A DNA stretch of 64,000 bases from an uncultured Gammaproteobacteria bacterium (GCA_964425075.1 CAYRKM010000001.1:331060-395059), one strand, 5' to 3'. Counted from the first letter of the stretch, positions 28,164 to 37,210 are shown. Notes: generated by a model from the letters alone, not told the origin. Numbers and translations are program-made.

Positions 28164-29443
28164 GAAGAATTTGTAACAAGATCTGAAACTTTTTCCCCCA
28201 GCTCAACTGCATAATTTGTGCCCCTATCCCATGGATAAACTTGCTGAATATTTGCTAAATATATATTTTTTAGTGGGGTATGAAGCGGTGGAATTTTTTT
28301 AGAATAATTTTTTGGAATAATTGGTTGAGCATAAGGTGCTTTAAAGAGTTTTGAAGATATGATATTTTCCTTATAGTGAGGATTAATTTTTCTAAGCCAA
28401 GGGTCATACAAATCAAGTAGTTCGTCTTTTGACATAGAAAACCTTTTGTCATTCGGGTCCATGTAATTTCCCACATACAATAAATGTTCATTGTTGTAAT
28501 GATTTTTATCCATAAAATTGGTATGTTCAACAATTGCAAGAATTGGCGAATCAATGTCACACATATTAAGCCAATAGGTGTTATCTGAAAAGAATTTTTC
28601 TTTAAGTCTAATAACTATATTTACTGCGCCAATGCCCTTAAGTGAAGAATAGTTGTTAATATAGGTTTCAGGAAGTTGGGGTGTAATTTTTGTAAAAAGA
28701 AAAGTTGGAAGAGTAACTATTACCCTATCGAATTCCATTGATTTATTTTTTCCGTTTTCAAAATAAGAAACAATCGGCTTCTCATTTGATTCAAGCTTTG
28801 TGATTTCCACGCCGTAATAAAACTTTCCATTTTTTTCCTTAATTCGTTTCTCCAATTGTTTTGCAAAATTGAGAAATCCACCTTTTGGATAAGCAAGGCT
28901 TGGTGTGCGTTTGTAAATTCTTGCCCAAAACCAAGCAAGGGAAACAATGCTTGAATAATTCCCGAGCTTATTTATCATGAGAGGTTCCCAAATAACCCTG
29001 TATGATTCTTTTCCCATTATTTTTTTCAGGAAAGGTTCGGCGGTAAACCCTTCTAAGGGTTTCCAAAAAGGGTTAAATTTAAGAAGAGCTATAGCTATTC
29101 CCATTCGAAGTCTATTTATAAAGGAGAGTTTGGAAAATAATAAAAGAGAAATGGGAGAGTCTAATTGATAAATTCTATCATCAACAAAAGAGGAGGTTTT
29201 GGGGCGCTTTATAATAACTGGATGTCCGATTTTTTTTGCAAGTTTGAGTACGCTTTTATCATTCGTAAACCAATGATGGTAGTGCTCTTCAAGCGTCCAC
29301 TCCCATTCGTTTTCTTCATATCCTATGGCAAGTCCTCCTGGTGAAGTTGCTTTTTCAAAAACGGTTACTTCATGACCTTTTTGAGAAAGTGAGAAAGCAG
29401 CCGATAGGCCAGTAAATCCAGCACCAATAATTCCTATCTTCAT
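28160..29443 (-). CDS. FAD-dependent oxidoreductase (amine oxidase/HemY-like fold)
   Basis: IGIIGAGFTGL, VFEK..PGGLA, YHHWF, YPWDRGTNYAV. Confidence 0.85.
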   Translation of the reverse strand: MKIGIIGAGFTGLSAAFSLSQKGHEVTVFEKATSPGGLAIGYEENEWEWTLEEHYHHWFTNDKSVLKLAKKIGHPVIIKRPKTSSFVDDRIYQLDSPISLLLFSKLSFINRLRMGIAIALLKFNPFWKPLEGFTAEPFLKKIMGKESYRVIWEPLMINKLGNYSSIVSLAWFWARIYKRTPSLAYPKGGFLNFAKQLEKRIKEKNGKFYYGVEITKLESNEKPIVSYFENGKNKSMEFDRVIVTLPTFLFTKITPQLPETYINNYSSLKGIGAVNIVIRLKEKFFSDNTYWLNMCDIDSPILAIVEHTNFMDKNHYNNEHLLYVGNYMDPNDKRFSMSKDELLDLYDPWLRKINPHYKENIISSKLFKAPYAQPIIPKNYSKKIPPLHTPLKNIYLANIQQVYPWDRGTNYAVELGEKVSDLVTNSS

Positions 29444-29489
29444 ATAAATAAAGTTCGATCCACTAAAATCGATAGAACTTACATAAAAA

Positions 29490-29622
29490 GTACATCATAA
29501 TCGCTTTGCTCATGTGATGAGTACATCATAATCGCTTTGCTCATGTGATGAGTACATCATAGTCGCTTTGCTCATGTGATGAGTGCATCATAATTGCTAT
29601 GCTCATATGCCTTACGTCATAA
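29490..29622. repeat. 31-bp tandem repeat, about 4.3 copies, abutting a stop codon
   Basis: gtacatcataatcgctttgctcatgtgatga at 29490, 29521, 29552, degenerate at 29583; partial copy overlaps the TGA at 29617-29619. Confidence 0.92.
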
Positions 29623-30999
29623 AGCAAACAGAAGGAGAGCTCCTGCGATAATAAGCACTATCGAAATTCCAGTAAGTGTTAATGAGTTATTTATTCCTCC
29701 TGCATCTGGCGGAAGAGGAGTTGGTGTGATTGTGGTAGACGGAGTTGTTGGGGTTATTGCAGATGTTGGTAAGGTTGTAGGAGTCAAGGTTGGAGTAGAG
29801 GTTGGTGTGAGAGGTAACGTGGTTGGTGTGGGTGAGGCGGTTGGTTGGAGAGTGGGTGTAGGAGTAGGGGTTGATGTGGGCGTAGGTTGAATCGTTGGTG
29901 TTGCAGATGGTGTTGCGCTTTGAGAGACTTGGGAGCCAGAGGGAAAGACAAAAAATGTAGAAGCTTCTGTTATCTTTTTTCCAGCATCATCAGTTGATTC
30001 AATAACAATGGTGTGCTCACCCTGTGAAAGTTCGGTTGTTGGACGGTAAGACCACACGCCTCCAATATTTGACGAGACTGATGTAGCACCTACGCCTTGT
30101 ATGGTAATTAAAACTGTTCGATTAGGATAGGCAGTCCCTGTAAATAATGGCTGTGAATCGATAAATGATTGGCCGTTTTCAGGAGTTGAAATATCAACCC
30201 TACGACCTATTCCATCTTGCGGAATATTGAGTTGAGATGAGGATGTTGATGTTGCTTCCTCTGTTTTTATAAAGCTATAAGTTTCGAGAAGAGTTACTGG
30301 TGGAAGGTTTTGCGCTACTTTAAATGTAGAATCAACCTCTACCCTCATTGTTTCTCGAAATGCTGTAATTGTGAAAATAGAGGAGGCATCAAATATGAGA
30401 TATTCAGAAAGACCAGAGTTTCTCCAGGAGTTGGTTGGTATTATAAATGCCCCATCATTTGAGGTGATGTCTGAATCAATTTGTCCATTTTTAGTTTTAG
30501 CTACGACTAAGGTATCAGTTCCATTTCCGCCCGTGGGCAGTAATATTTTTCCAAAGAGTGGATTTTGTTTTGGTGGGTCATCAGCAATTTTTTTGCCAGT
30601 TGTTGCTTTATAGGAAGTGTTTTTAAAATGTTTTCCGTTTACAAGAATAGAGAAAGTATATGTACTATTTGGTTCTAGATTAGGAATTGTAATGTGATGA
30701 GAGAAATAGCTTTCCTGCTTTCCAGTTTTTTTGTCTCTGTCATCCAACACTATTGAAGCGCTTTTTCCTTCGGCCATATTAATTACACCACTAGCTTTTA
30801 CTGGCGTTGTAAATACAACAGCAAAAGAAGTATCAGAAATATTTGTAATTAAAATATTTTGGGGTACAGCTTCAGGTGCTGCTTTTCCAACATAAAATAC
30901 GCCTGAACGAATAAGAATGGTTGAGATAACAACAATAATGCATAAAATTCCTAATGCAGCAAGAGTTGGAATTCTTTTGTGAAATAATCCGTTTTTCAT
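29617..30999 (-). CDS. Surface protein: N-terminal TM, FN3-like and Ig-like (Big) domains, Pro/Thr-rich stalk, C-terminal TM
   Basis: ITNISDTSF..HHITI.NLEPNSTY (FN3); PLFTGTA...GVWSY.P...LSQGEHT (Ig); TP repeats. Confidence 0.8.
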   Translation of the reverse strand: MKNGLFHKRIPTLAALGILCIIVVISTILIRSGVFYVGKAAPEAVPQNILITNISDTSFAVVFTTPVKASGVINMAEGKSASIVLDDRDKKTGKQESYFSHHITIPNLEPNSTYTFSILVNGKHFKNTSYKATTGKKIADDPPKQNPLFGKILLPTGGNGTDTLVVAKTKNGQIDSDITSNDGAFIIPTNSWRNSGLSEYLIFDASSIFTITAFRETMRVEVDSTFKVAQNLPPVTLLETYSFIKTEEATSTSSSQLNIPQDGIGRRVDISTPENGQSFIDSQPLFTGTAYPNRTVLITIQGVGATSVSSNIGGVWSYRPTTELSQGEHTIVIESTDDAGKKITEASTFFVFPSGSQVSQSATPSATPTIQPTPTSTPTPTPTLQPTASPTPTTLPLTPTSTPTLTPTTLPTSAITPTTPSTTITPTPLPPDAGGINNSLTLTGISIVLIIAGALLLFAL

Positions 31000-31334
31000 G
31001 GTGTTTGTGTTGCTGATGGGCTTGCTGGTGTTGGTGTGGTTCTAACGGTTTGAGTAGGAGTTGCGCTTGGAATTGATAACGTTCCACCTTGTGTTGCATC
31101 TATTTCCCCTTGAGTTATTACACCGCTTTTACCCTTAAGATCGACAGTTACGGTATTTCTGTTTTTTAATTCCCTTAAAGTTTTTTCATCAAATGATGGT
31201 TCAATTGGCGTTGAGTATGCTTGAGTTATTGGTGTTAGGGTTGATGTGGTTCTTGTATGGTAAATACTCAATGCGATAATAGCAAAAACGACAAAGGCGC
31301 TAAATCCTGATAATAAGATTAAATTTTTAAACAT
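30996..31334 (-). CDS. Small membrane-anchored Pro/Thr-rich protein
   Basis: N-terminal TM, TPIEPSFD...L..R, TP tail; in operon after pilO. Confidence 0.7.
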   Translation of the reverse strand: MFKNLILLSGFSAFVVFAIIALSIYHTRTTSTLTPITQAYSTPIEPSFDEKTLRELKNRNTVTVDLKGKSGVITQGEIDATQGGTLSIPSATPTQTVRTTPTPASPSATQTP

Positions 31335-31364
31335 AATAATTTACATTCAGTATTGAAAGCCTCA

Positions 31365-31985
31365 TCATGGTTTGTAGAAAAATGCGCGTCCTACAACTGA
31401 GGCAGTAAAACCTTCTCTTAGCTGTTTTCCGGTAGTAAGCCTCTCAATACCAATAATTCTTTCCATATTAATAATATCTGACACAAATTTATTAATATCT
31501 TTCTCACTACCATTTACGGTTGTGGAAAATGAGTAAGAAAAGATAGGTTTGTTTTCGTTTTTTGCAGGATAAAGTTCCATAAGACCAATGTCGAGTTTTG
31601 CTACGGTTAAGTTATTTCGCGTTGCAAGAATCTCAACTTGCCTGGTGAGTTCTGCAACACGAGGAGTTAGTGGGATAGCGTTATCGATTAGAGTAAGTTC
31701 AGGCAAGATTTTTGAGTACTGACCGTTTAGTAGTTGCAGGTTTGTATTTTTTTGCTCGAGGGCCTTGAGTACAGAGGAATTTTCCTCAAACTGTCTATTG
31801 AGTTCTGAAATAGTGGTAAGGGTGGGTCCAATTGCAAAAACACCAAAAACGGAGAGAGTAAAAAGTGAAAGAATAACATACATATAAGCAATCGCTTTCT
31901 GTTTGTTTTTCTCAGTATTTAAGAAAGAATTTGATTTTGCGATTAAATCTTTAAGCTGTTGTGTGATTGTTTCTTTTGTTTCCAT
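31365..31985 (-). CDS. pilO: Type IV pilus assembly protein PilO-like
   Basis: TM (FGVFAIGPTL), coiled coil, AIP..P, F+SDIINMERII. Confidence 0.75.
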   Translation of the reverse strand: METKETITQQLKDLIAKSNSFLNTEKNKQKAIAYMYVILSLFTLSVFGVFAIGPTLTTISELNRQFEENSSVLKALEQKNTNLQLLNGQYSKILPELTLIDNAIPLTPRVAELTRQVEILATRNNLTVAKLDIGLMELYPAKNENKPIFSYSFSTTVNGSEKDINKFVSDIINMERIIGIERLTTGKQLREGFTASVVGRAFFYKP

Positions 31986-32560
31986 TATCCATTCCTCCGT
32001 GTCTGTTGTTTCTCTTCTTCTTGTATGATTATTCTGACTTTGAATTTCACACCATCATCAGTTGTGTTGATTTCATCAATTGAGATCAGAACAACAGAGG
32101 GGAATTTTTTCGCTTCCTCAACAAATCCTGTAAGTGTATAAATGGAAAACGTGGTTCCTTCAATTGAAATGGCTTGCTGATTTATCGTAAGGTTGGTGTT
32201 AAAGAAAGTGCCAGCCGAAATTGTATCGAGAACCGCATTCATGACTCTTACTTTTGCTGTTGTATTTTCGTTGGTCAACTTAATGTTTTCTAACCTGTCT
32301 TGGATTCCGCGGTATTTTTTTTCATCTTGGGCCTGTGCTGCAATAAATGCTTCTTGTTGGGCAATTGCATCATGAAGGTCAACTATTTTTCTGTCAATTA
32401 CAAATCTATAGCCAAGTGCTAGGAGAGCTACAAGTTCAATAAGCACAATAATCCCACGTCCTGCGTCTACCGCCCATTTATAAAATACGTCAATAACAGT
32501 AGTCTTCCCTTTTGACGAAAGATTTATTGAAATTTTAGGCTTGTCTTGCTTTTTTGCCAT
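31985..32560 (-). CDS. Type IV pilus assembly protein PilN-like
   Basis: SINL near N-terminus, TM, coiled coil, ISIEG; start MAKKQ at 32560 from TTGACA-17-TACACT-6-ATG. Confidence 0.65.
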   Translation of the reverse strand: MAKKQDKPKISINLSSKGKTTVIDVFYKWAVDAGRGIIVLIELVALLALGYRFVIDRKIVDLHDAIAQQEAFIAAQAQDEKKYRGIQDRLENIKLTNENTTAKVRVMNAVLDTISAGTFFNTNLTINQQAISIEGTTFSIYTLTGFVEEAKKFPSVVLISIDEINTTDDGVKFKVRIIIQEEEKQQTRRNG

Positions 32561-32628
32561 GTACTCAGTGTAGAGTTTTTGAAGCTTTTTGTCAAAGGAA
32601 AGAAACAAAAATTGAGGCTAAATTCTAA

Positions 32629-32967
32629 TTAAGATTTTTTTGAAGTAGTCTTTTTTTGAGCTATAGGTCGACCAGCCTTTGGCGGGATGGTCTTTGTTTT
32701 TGTAGCTTTTACAGCAGTCTTTTTTTCTCCTGTAGTTTTAGAAAGCTTTGCAAGTGCGGATTTCATTCGTGATGCTTTATTTTTATGAAGCAATTTATTT
32801 TTTGCTGCTTTATCAATTACAGAGATTGCTTTTTTGACAGAAACGCTTGTCTTTGCTTTCTTTGCACTTCTTACAGCAGTTTTTACAGTGTCACGTAGCA
32901 CGTCATTTTGCTTCTCGCGTTTTTTGTCTTGTCTTAATTTTTTTATTGCTGATTTAATTACTGGCAT
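32629..32967 (-). CDS. rpsT: 30S ribosomal protein S20 with Lys-rich tail
   Basis: MPVIKSAIKKLRQD..R...N, IDKAAK..LLHKNKASRMKS. Confidence 0.93.
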   Translation of the reverse strand: MPVIKSAIKKLRQDKKREKQNDVLRDTVKTAVRSAKKAKTSVSVKKAISVIDKAAKNKLLHKNKASRMKSALAKLSKTTGEKKTAVKATKTKTIPPKAGRPIAQKKTTSKKS

Positions 32968-33088
32968 ATACAATATCCCTTCTTGTAAAAGGATTTTCGT
33001 TATTCTAACATGAATAAGGAGGAAACTCAAGCATAAATGAGGTGAAATAGAGGGTAGGGCTAAAACCTTGTGAAAGTATTAATACTTG

Positions 33089-33222
33089 ATGGTAAGCGGA
33101 GCTTGCCACAAAGTTTTTTATGGTAAGCAAAGCTTGCCACAAAGTTTTTTATGGTAAGCAAAGCTTGCCACAAAGTTTTTTATGGTAAGCAAAGCTTGCC
33201 ACAAACTATTCGTTTATGGTAA
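33089..33222 (+). repeat. 31-bp tandem repeat (4 copies), each starting with the murJ start ATGGTAA
   Basis: atggtaagcaaagcttgccacaaagtttttt at 33089 (variant gcggagc), 33120, 33151, 33182; real start tttATGGTAAAG at 33216. Confidence 0.92.
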
Positions 33223-34868
33223 AGAATATTGTCAAACAAGGATTGCATGTACTGACTTCCAAACAATCCAACATTTTTACAGCAGCTTTTTTTATTGTTG
33301 TTACAACAGTTCTTGCTCAGATTCTTGGACTTTTAAAATATAGACTTTTGGTTTCAATTTTTGGAGCATCAAGTGATCTTGGTGTGTTTTTAGCAGCTTT
33401 CAGAATTCCTGATCTTTTATTTCAAATCCTTATTGCAGGGGCCTTATCTACTTCATTCATTCCAATGTTTTCAGAGTTTATCTCGCAGGAGAAAAAGGAA
33501 GAGGCGTATGCTTTTACCTCCTCTCTTATCACTTATGGAGTGCTTCTCTTTATAGTAATTTCTGCAATTATCTTCGCATTCGCAGAACCGCTATCTCGGC
33601 TTGTTACTCCGGGTTTTTCCGATCGTGAAATTGTCTTAATGGCTAACCTAACCAGAATTATTCAGCTATCTCAACTCTTTTTTGTAATAGGAATTATTTT
33701 CACTGGAGTTCTACAGTCATTTCAGCATTTTTTAATTCCTGGTCTTGCTTCTGCAGTTTATAACTTGGGAATTATTATTGGGATTATTTTCTTTGCGGCT
33801 GCACTAAATATGGGCATATATGGGGCAACTATTGGAGTGTTGATTGGGTCTTTTTTCTTTTGTATTGTGCAACTTCCTTTACTTTTTAAGTCTGGTTTTT
33901 CTTATAAATTTACACTTAGAAGGCATGAGTCATTAAACAAAATCGCGCGACTTATGATTCCCCGTTCACTTACTCTTCTTGTAGCGCAACTTGCAATTAC
34001 AGCAAACGTATTTTTCGCATCATTTATATCAGCAAGAAGTCTTGTTATTTTTGATCTTGCCCAAACCTTGATGCTTGCTCCAGTTATACTTTTTGGACAG
34101 TCCATCGCTCAAGCCAGTTTTCCTGCGCTATCTTTGAAATCCAAATCTCCTGCCGAATTCGTTAGTATTTTTGTGTCATCTCTCAACCAAATTTTATTTC
34201 TAACGCTTCCAATTAGTGCACTTTTGGTGGTGCTCCGTATTCCAATCGTCAGACTATTCTTTGGAGCATCACGTTTTGATTGGGATGCAACTGTTTCGAC
34301 TGGATTAACTCTTGCTTTACTAGGTGTTTCAATTTCTGCTCAGGGTATAATTTATCTTTTCTCAAGAGCATTTTTTGCATTAAAGGATACACAGACCCCC
34401 TTTTTTATCACACTCTTTTCAGTGCTTATAAATATTGGACTTTCGTTTTATTTTATTTTGATATTAAAGCTGCCTGTTTACTATCTAGGGGTTTCATTTT
34501 CAATTGGAAATATTGCAAGCGCTATTTTGTTGTTAATTGCTCTTAACGCAAAAATGGAATTGCCAAAACTCGAGATATTTATAAGTATTGCAAAAATTGT
34601 TATTGCAGCACTCGTTATGGGGGTTGCACTATATATTCCCATAAAACTTCTTGATCAATTGGTGTTTGACACTACAAGGACGATTAATTTACTAATTCTT
34701 ACTAGCATTGCGTCGGGTTGTGGTATCTTATCCTACGTATTTTTCAGTTGGCTTTTAGACATCAAGGAAGCGTATTACATTATTCAAATAATTAAGCAAT
34801 TTAAGTTTAGACAAAAAATTATGAATCAAATTGGAGAACTTCTTGACGCTTCAAAACTTAACCCATAA
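33216..34868 (+). CDS. murJ: Lipid II flippase MurJ (MviN)
   Basis: AAFRIPDLLF, GALSTSFIP, SFPALS, RAFFALKDTQTP; about 14 TMs. Confidence 0.92.
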   Translation: MVKNIVKQGLHVLTSKQSNIFTAAFFIVVTTVLAQILGLLKYRLLVSIFGASSDLGVFLAAFRIPDLLFQILIAGALSTSFIPMFSEFISQEKKEEAYAFTSSLITYGVLLFIVISAIIFAFAEPLSRLVTPGFSDREIVLMANLTRIIQLSQLFFVIGIIFTGVLQSFQHFLIPGLASAVYNLGIIIGIIFFAAALNMGIYGATIGVLIGSFFFCIVQLPLLFKSGFSYKFTLRRHESLNKIARLMIPRSLTLLVAQLAITANVFFASFISARSLVIFDLAQTLMLAPVILFGQSIAQASFPALSLKSKSPAEFVSIFVSSLNQILFLTLPISALLVVLRIPIVRLFFGASRFDWDATVSTGLTLALLGVSISAQGIIYLFSRAFFALKDTQTPFFITLFSVLINIGLSFYFILILKLPVYYLGVSFSIGNIASAILLLIALNAKMELPKLEIFISIAKIVIAALVMGVALYIPIKLLDQLVFDTTRTINLLILTSIASGCGILSYVFFSWLLDIKEAYYIIQIIKQFKFRQKIMNQIGELLDASKLNP

Positions 34869-34918
34869 CGTTGTTGTTTGCTCAGACTTTTATTTTTTTA
34901 AGGTATAATACTTCAGTC

Positions 34919-34965
34919 ATGGAGAATATAAGGAATTTTGCAATTATATTTCGCTATCGCTCATA
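34919..34965 (+). pseudogene. Displaced, synonymously diverged duplicate of the lepA 5' end
   Basis: ATG GAG AAT ATA AGG AAT TTT GCA ATT AT[10-nt insert]C GCT CAT = MENIRNFAIIAH, 9 nt after TATAAT (34904). Confidence 0.8.
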
Positions 34966-34985
34966 TGCTAGCGAAAGAAAAATTT

Positions 34986-36746
34986 ATGGAGAATATTAGG
35001 AACTTCGCTATCATTGCGCACGTTGATCATGGTAAGTCTACTCTTGCTGACAGACTTATGGCATTAACTGGCACTTTATTTGGAAAAGACTTGGAGCAAG
35101 AACAGTTTCTTGATAGTAATCCAATTTCGCGTGAGCGGGGAATTACCATAAAGCTTGCACCGGTTCACATGAAATATAAGCATGACGGAAAAGATTATAT
35201 TTTAAATCTAATAGATACTCCCGGGCATGTTGATTTTTCGTATGAAGTAGTAAGAACTCTTTATGCATGCGAGGGGGCAGTTTTAGTCGTCGACGCAACT
35301 AAAGGAATTCAAGCCCAAACAGTTAGTCATTATAACGTTGCAAAAAGTTTGGGGTTAACTATTATCCCAGTTATTAATAAAGTGGATTTGGATAGTGCTG
35401 ATGTTGAAAAAACAGAAAGTGAGATGCATGAGAGTTTTGGGTTTGAGAAGAGTGAGATTTTACGAATTAGCGCAAAGACGGGACTTGGAGTAGAAGAATT
35501 AATTGCAAAAATCATTGAAAAAATTCCACCCCCCGCTCCATCTTTAAATGATAAAACTCAGGCTTTGATATTTGACTCAAAATATGATGAGCACCGTGGA
35601 ATTGTGATTTTTGTGAGAGTTAGTAGTGGGGAAATTAAAAAGGGGGACGAGATTATGTTTTTATCTGACAAGTCAAAGGCATTAGTTATGGATGTGGGGT
35701 TTATGTCTCCTTTATTTGTTTCAAATGATGTTCTTGCAAATGGGCAGGTAGGATATGTAATTACAAATATAAAAGATATAACGCAGGCAAAGGTTGGAGA
35801 TACCATGACTATTGCAAAAAACCCAGGAGTGTCTGTTCCTGGTTATAAAGAGCAAAAACCCTTTGTCTTTCTATCAATCTATCCAACTTCCTCCGCCGAC
35901 TTTCAAAATTTGAGAAAGTCACTACATGGTCTAAAGTTAACGGATGCGGCTTTAGCAATAGCTCCTGACTACTCAACTATTTTTGGTTCTGGATTTCGGT
36001 GTGGATTTTTGGGATTACTTCATGCGCAGATTGTAATTGAAAGACTAGAGAGGGAATATGGAATAGATTGTTTTACAGCTCCTCCAAGTATCGTGTATAG
36101 AGTTGACGGACAAGAAATCTCTTCTCCAAAAGATTTTGATATTTCAAAAAATAATATAGAAGAGCCATATATATTGGGTGAAATATATACACCTTCGGAA
36201 TATATGGGGGGTGTGCTCGATTTGGTTTATTCACTGAGAGGAAAAGAAGGGGATATTTCATATTTTGGTAACCAAGTAAGAATGACTTTTGAGATGCCGA
36301 TGGCATCCATCGTCTATGACTTTTATGATAAATTAAAGTCCGCCTCATCCGGATTTGCCTCTTTTGATTATGATTTTTTGGATTATAGATCTTCCGATCT
36401 TGAACGAGTAGACATTTCGGTTAATGACGTTATTGTGCCAGAGTTGTCATTTATTATTCACAAGACAGAAGTGCAAAGCTTTGCCCGAAAGATTACAAAA
36501 GCGTTGTCCGAAAGTATTCCAAAACACAGTTTCCAAATAGCTGTACGTGCTCAAATTGGAGGACAAATTATAGCGTCAGAAAAAATAGGTGCTTACATGA
36601 AAGATGTGACGGCAAAATTATATGGAGGAGATAGAACGCGAAAAGACAAGCTTTTAGATAAACAAAAAGAGGGAAAGAAGAAAATGAAGTCAATTGGTAA
36701 AGTTAATGTACCCAAAGAGGCATTTATGAGTGTTTTAAAAATTTAA
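34986..36746 (+). CDS. lepA: Elongation factor 4 (LepA)
   Basis: IRNFAIIAHVDHGKSTLADR, RERGITIK, DTPGHVDF, NKVD, GFRCGFLGLLH, KDVTAKLYGGD. Confidence 0.96.
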   Translation: MENIRNFAIIAHVDHGKSTLADRLMALTGTLFGKDLEQEQFLDSNPISRERGITIKLAPVHMKYKHDGKDYILNLIDTPGHVDFSYEVVRTLYACEGAVLVVDATKGIQAQTVSHYNVAKSLGLTIIPVINKVDLDSADVEKTESEMHESFGFEKSEILRISAKTGLGVEELIAKIIEKIPPPAPSLNDKTQALIFDSKYDEHRGIVIFVRVSSGEIKKGDEIMFLSDKSKALVMDVGFMSPLFVSNDVLANGQVGYVITNIKDITQAKVGDTMTIAKNPGVSVPGYKEQKPFVFLSIYPTSSADFQNLRKSLHGLKLTDAALAIAPDYSTIFGSGFRCGFLGLLHAQIVIERLEREYGIDCFTAPPSIVYRVDGQEISSPKDFDISKNNIEEPYILGEIYTPSEYMGGVLDLVYSLRGKEGDISYFGNQVRMTFEMPMASIVYDFYDKLKSASSGFASFDYDFLDYRSSDLERVDISVNDVIVPELSFIIHKTEVQSFARKITKALSESIPKHSFQIAVRAQIGGQIIASEKIGAYMKDVTAKLYGGDRTRKDKLLDKQKEGKKKMKSIGKVNVPKEAFMSVLKI

Positions 36747-36750
36747 TTTT

Positions 36751-37170
36751 TTAGTTACCATAAGCCTCCCATATTGCTAATATTTGTCTTGCCGTTTTTA
36801 TTTTCCATTCATCAAAAAAAACTCTTTGCTCCTGGTTAAGATCTTCGAGAGTTTCAGGTTCAATACAAAGGTCGGTAAGCCATCCTCTCTCGTAATATCT
36901 TGTATCATCTGGATTGTAAATCGCTACGAATCCTTCAAGCCTTCGACATCCATCATTCTCGCTTCTGCTTACAAATACAGTTCCTTCGTACTTATTGTTT
37001 TGAGTTGATTCAAAATGCGCCGAAAGAACCTTTTCAGGTTGCGGCAAGCTGCCAATTGAAGGTTTCATTTTTGATTCACCATAACAATCAAGCAGAAGAT
37101 CTGCTCCCTCTCTTAATTCTGCAAGGGAAGGGGCTGGTCTTTTAGCAAACCAATCAATTCTTTCGTGCAT
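36751..37170 (-). CDS. Hypothetical protein (139 aa)
   Basis: TTGACA-16-TATAAT-7-ATG promoter at 37205-37178; no recognisable family. Confidence 0.65.
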   Translation of the reverse strand: MHERIDWFAKRPAPSLAELREGADLLLDCYGESKMKPSIGSLPQPEKVLSAHFESTQNNKYEGTVFVSRSENDGCRRLEGFVAIYNPDDTRYYERGWLTDLCIEPETLEDLNQEQRVFFDEWKIKTARQILAIWEAYGN

Positions 37171-37210
37171 AAACTGAATTATAGGGTAGTTCTTAAGGGT
37201 GTCAAGTAAT

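Noticed and set aside
29490-29622. CRISPR array
   Set aside because: Units are head-to-tail with no unique spacers and no cas genes are in the window
29594-29890. Val/Gly-rich ORFs (also 37530, 47262, 62670)
   Set aside because: Antisense translation of Thr/Pro repeat stalks
33089-33215. CRISPR array
   Set aside because: Contiguous 31-bp tandem units without spacers; the unit begins with the murJ start
34938-34985. N-terminal extension of LepA from the TTG at 34938
   Set aside because: Arises from the duplicated start region; conserved LepA begins at ATG 34986
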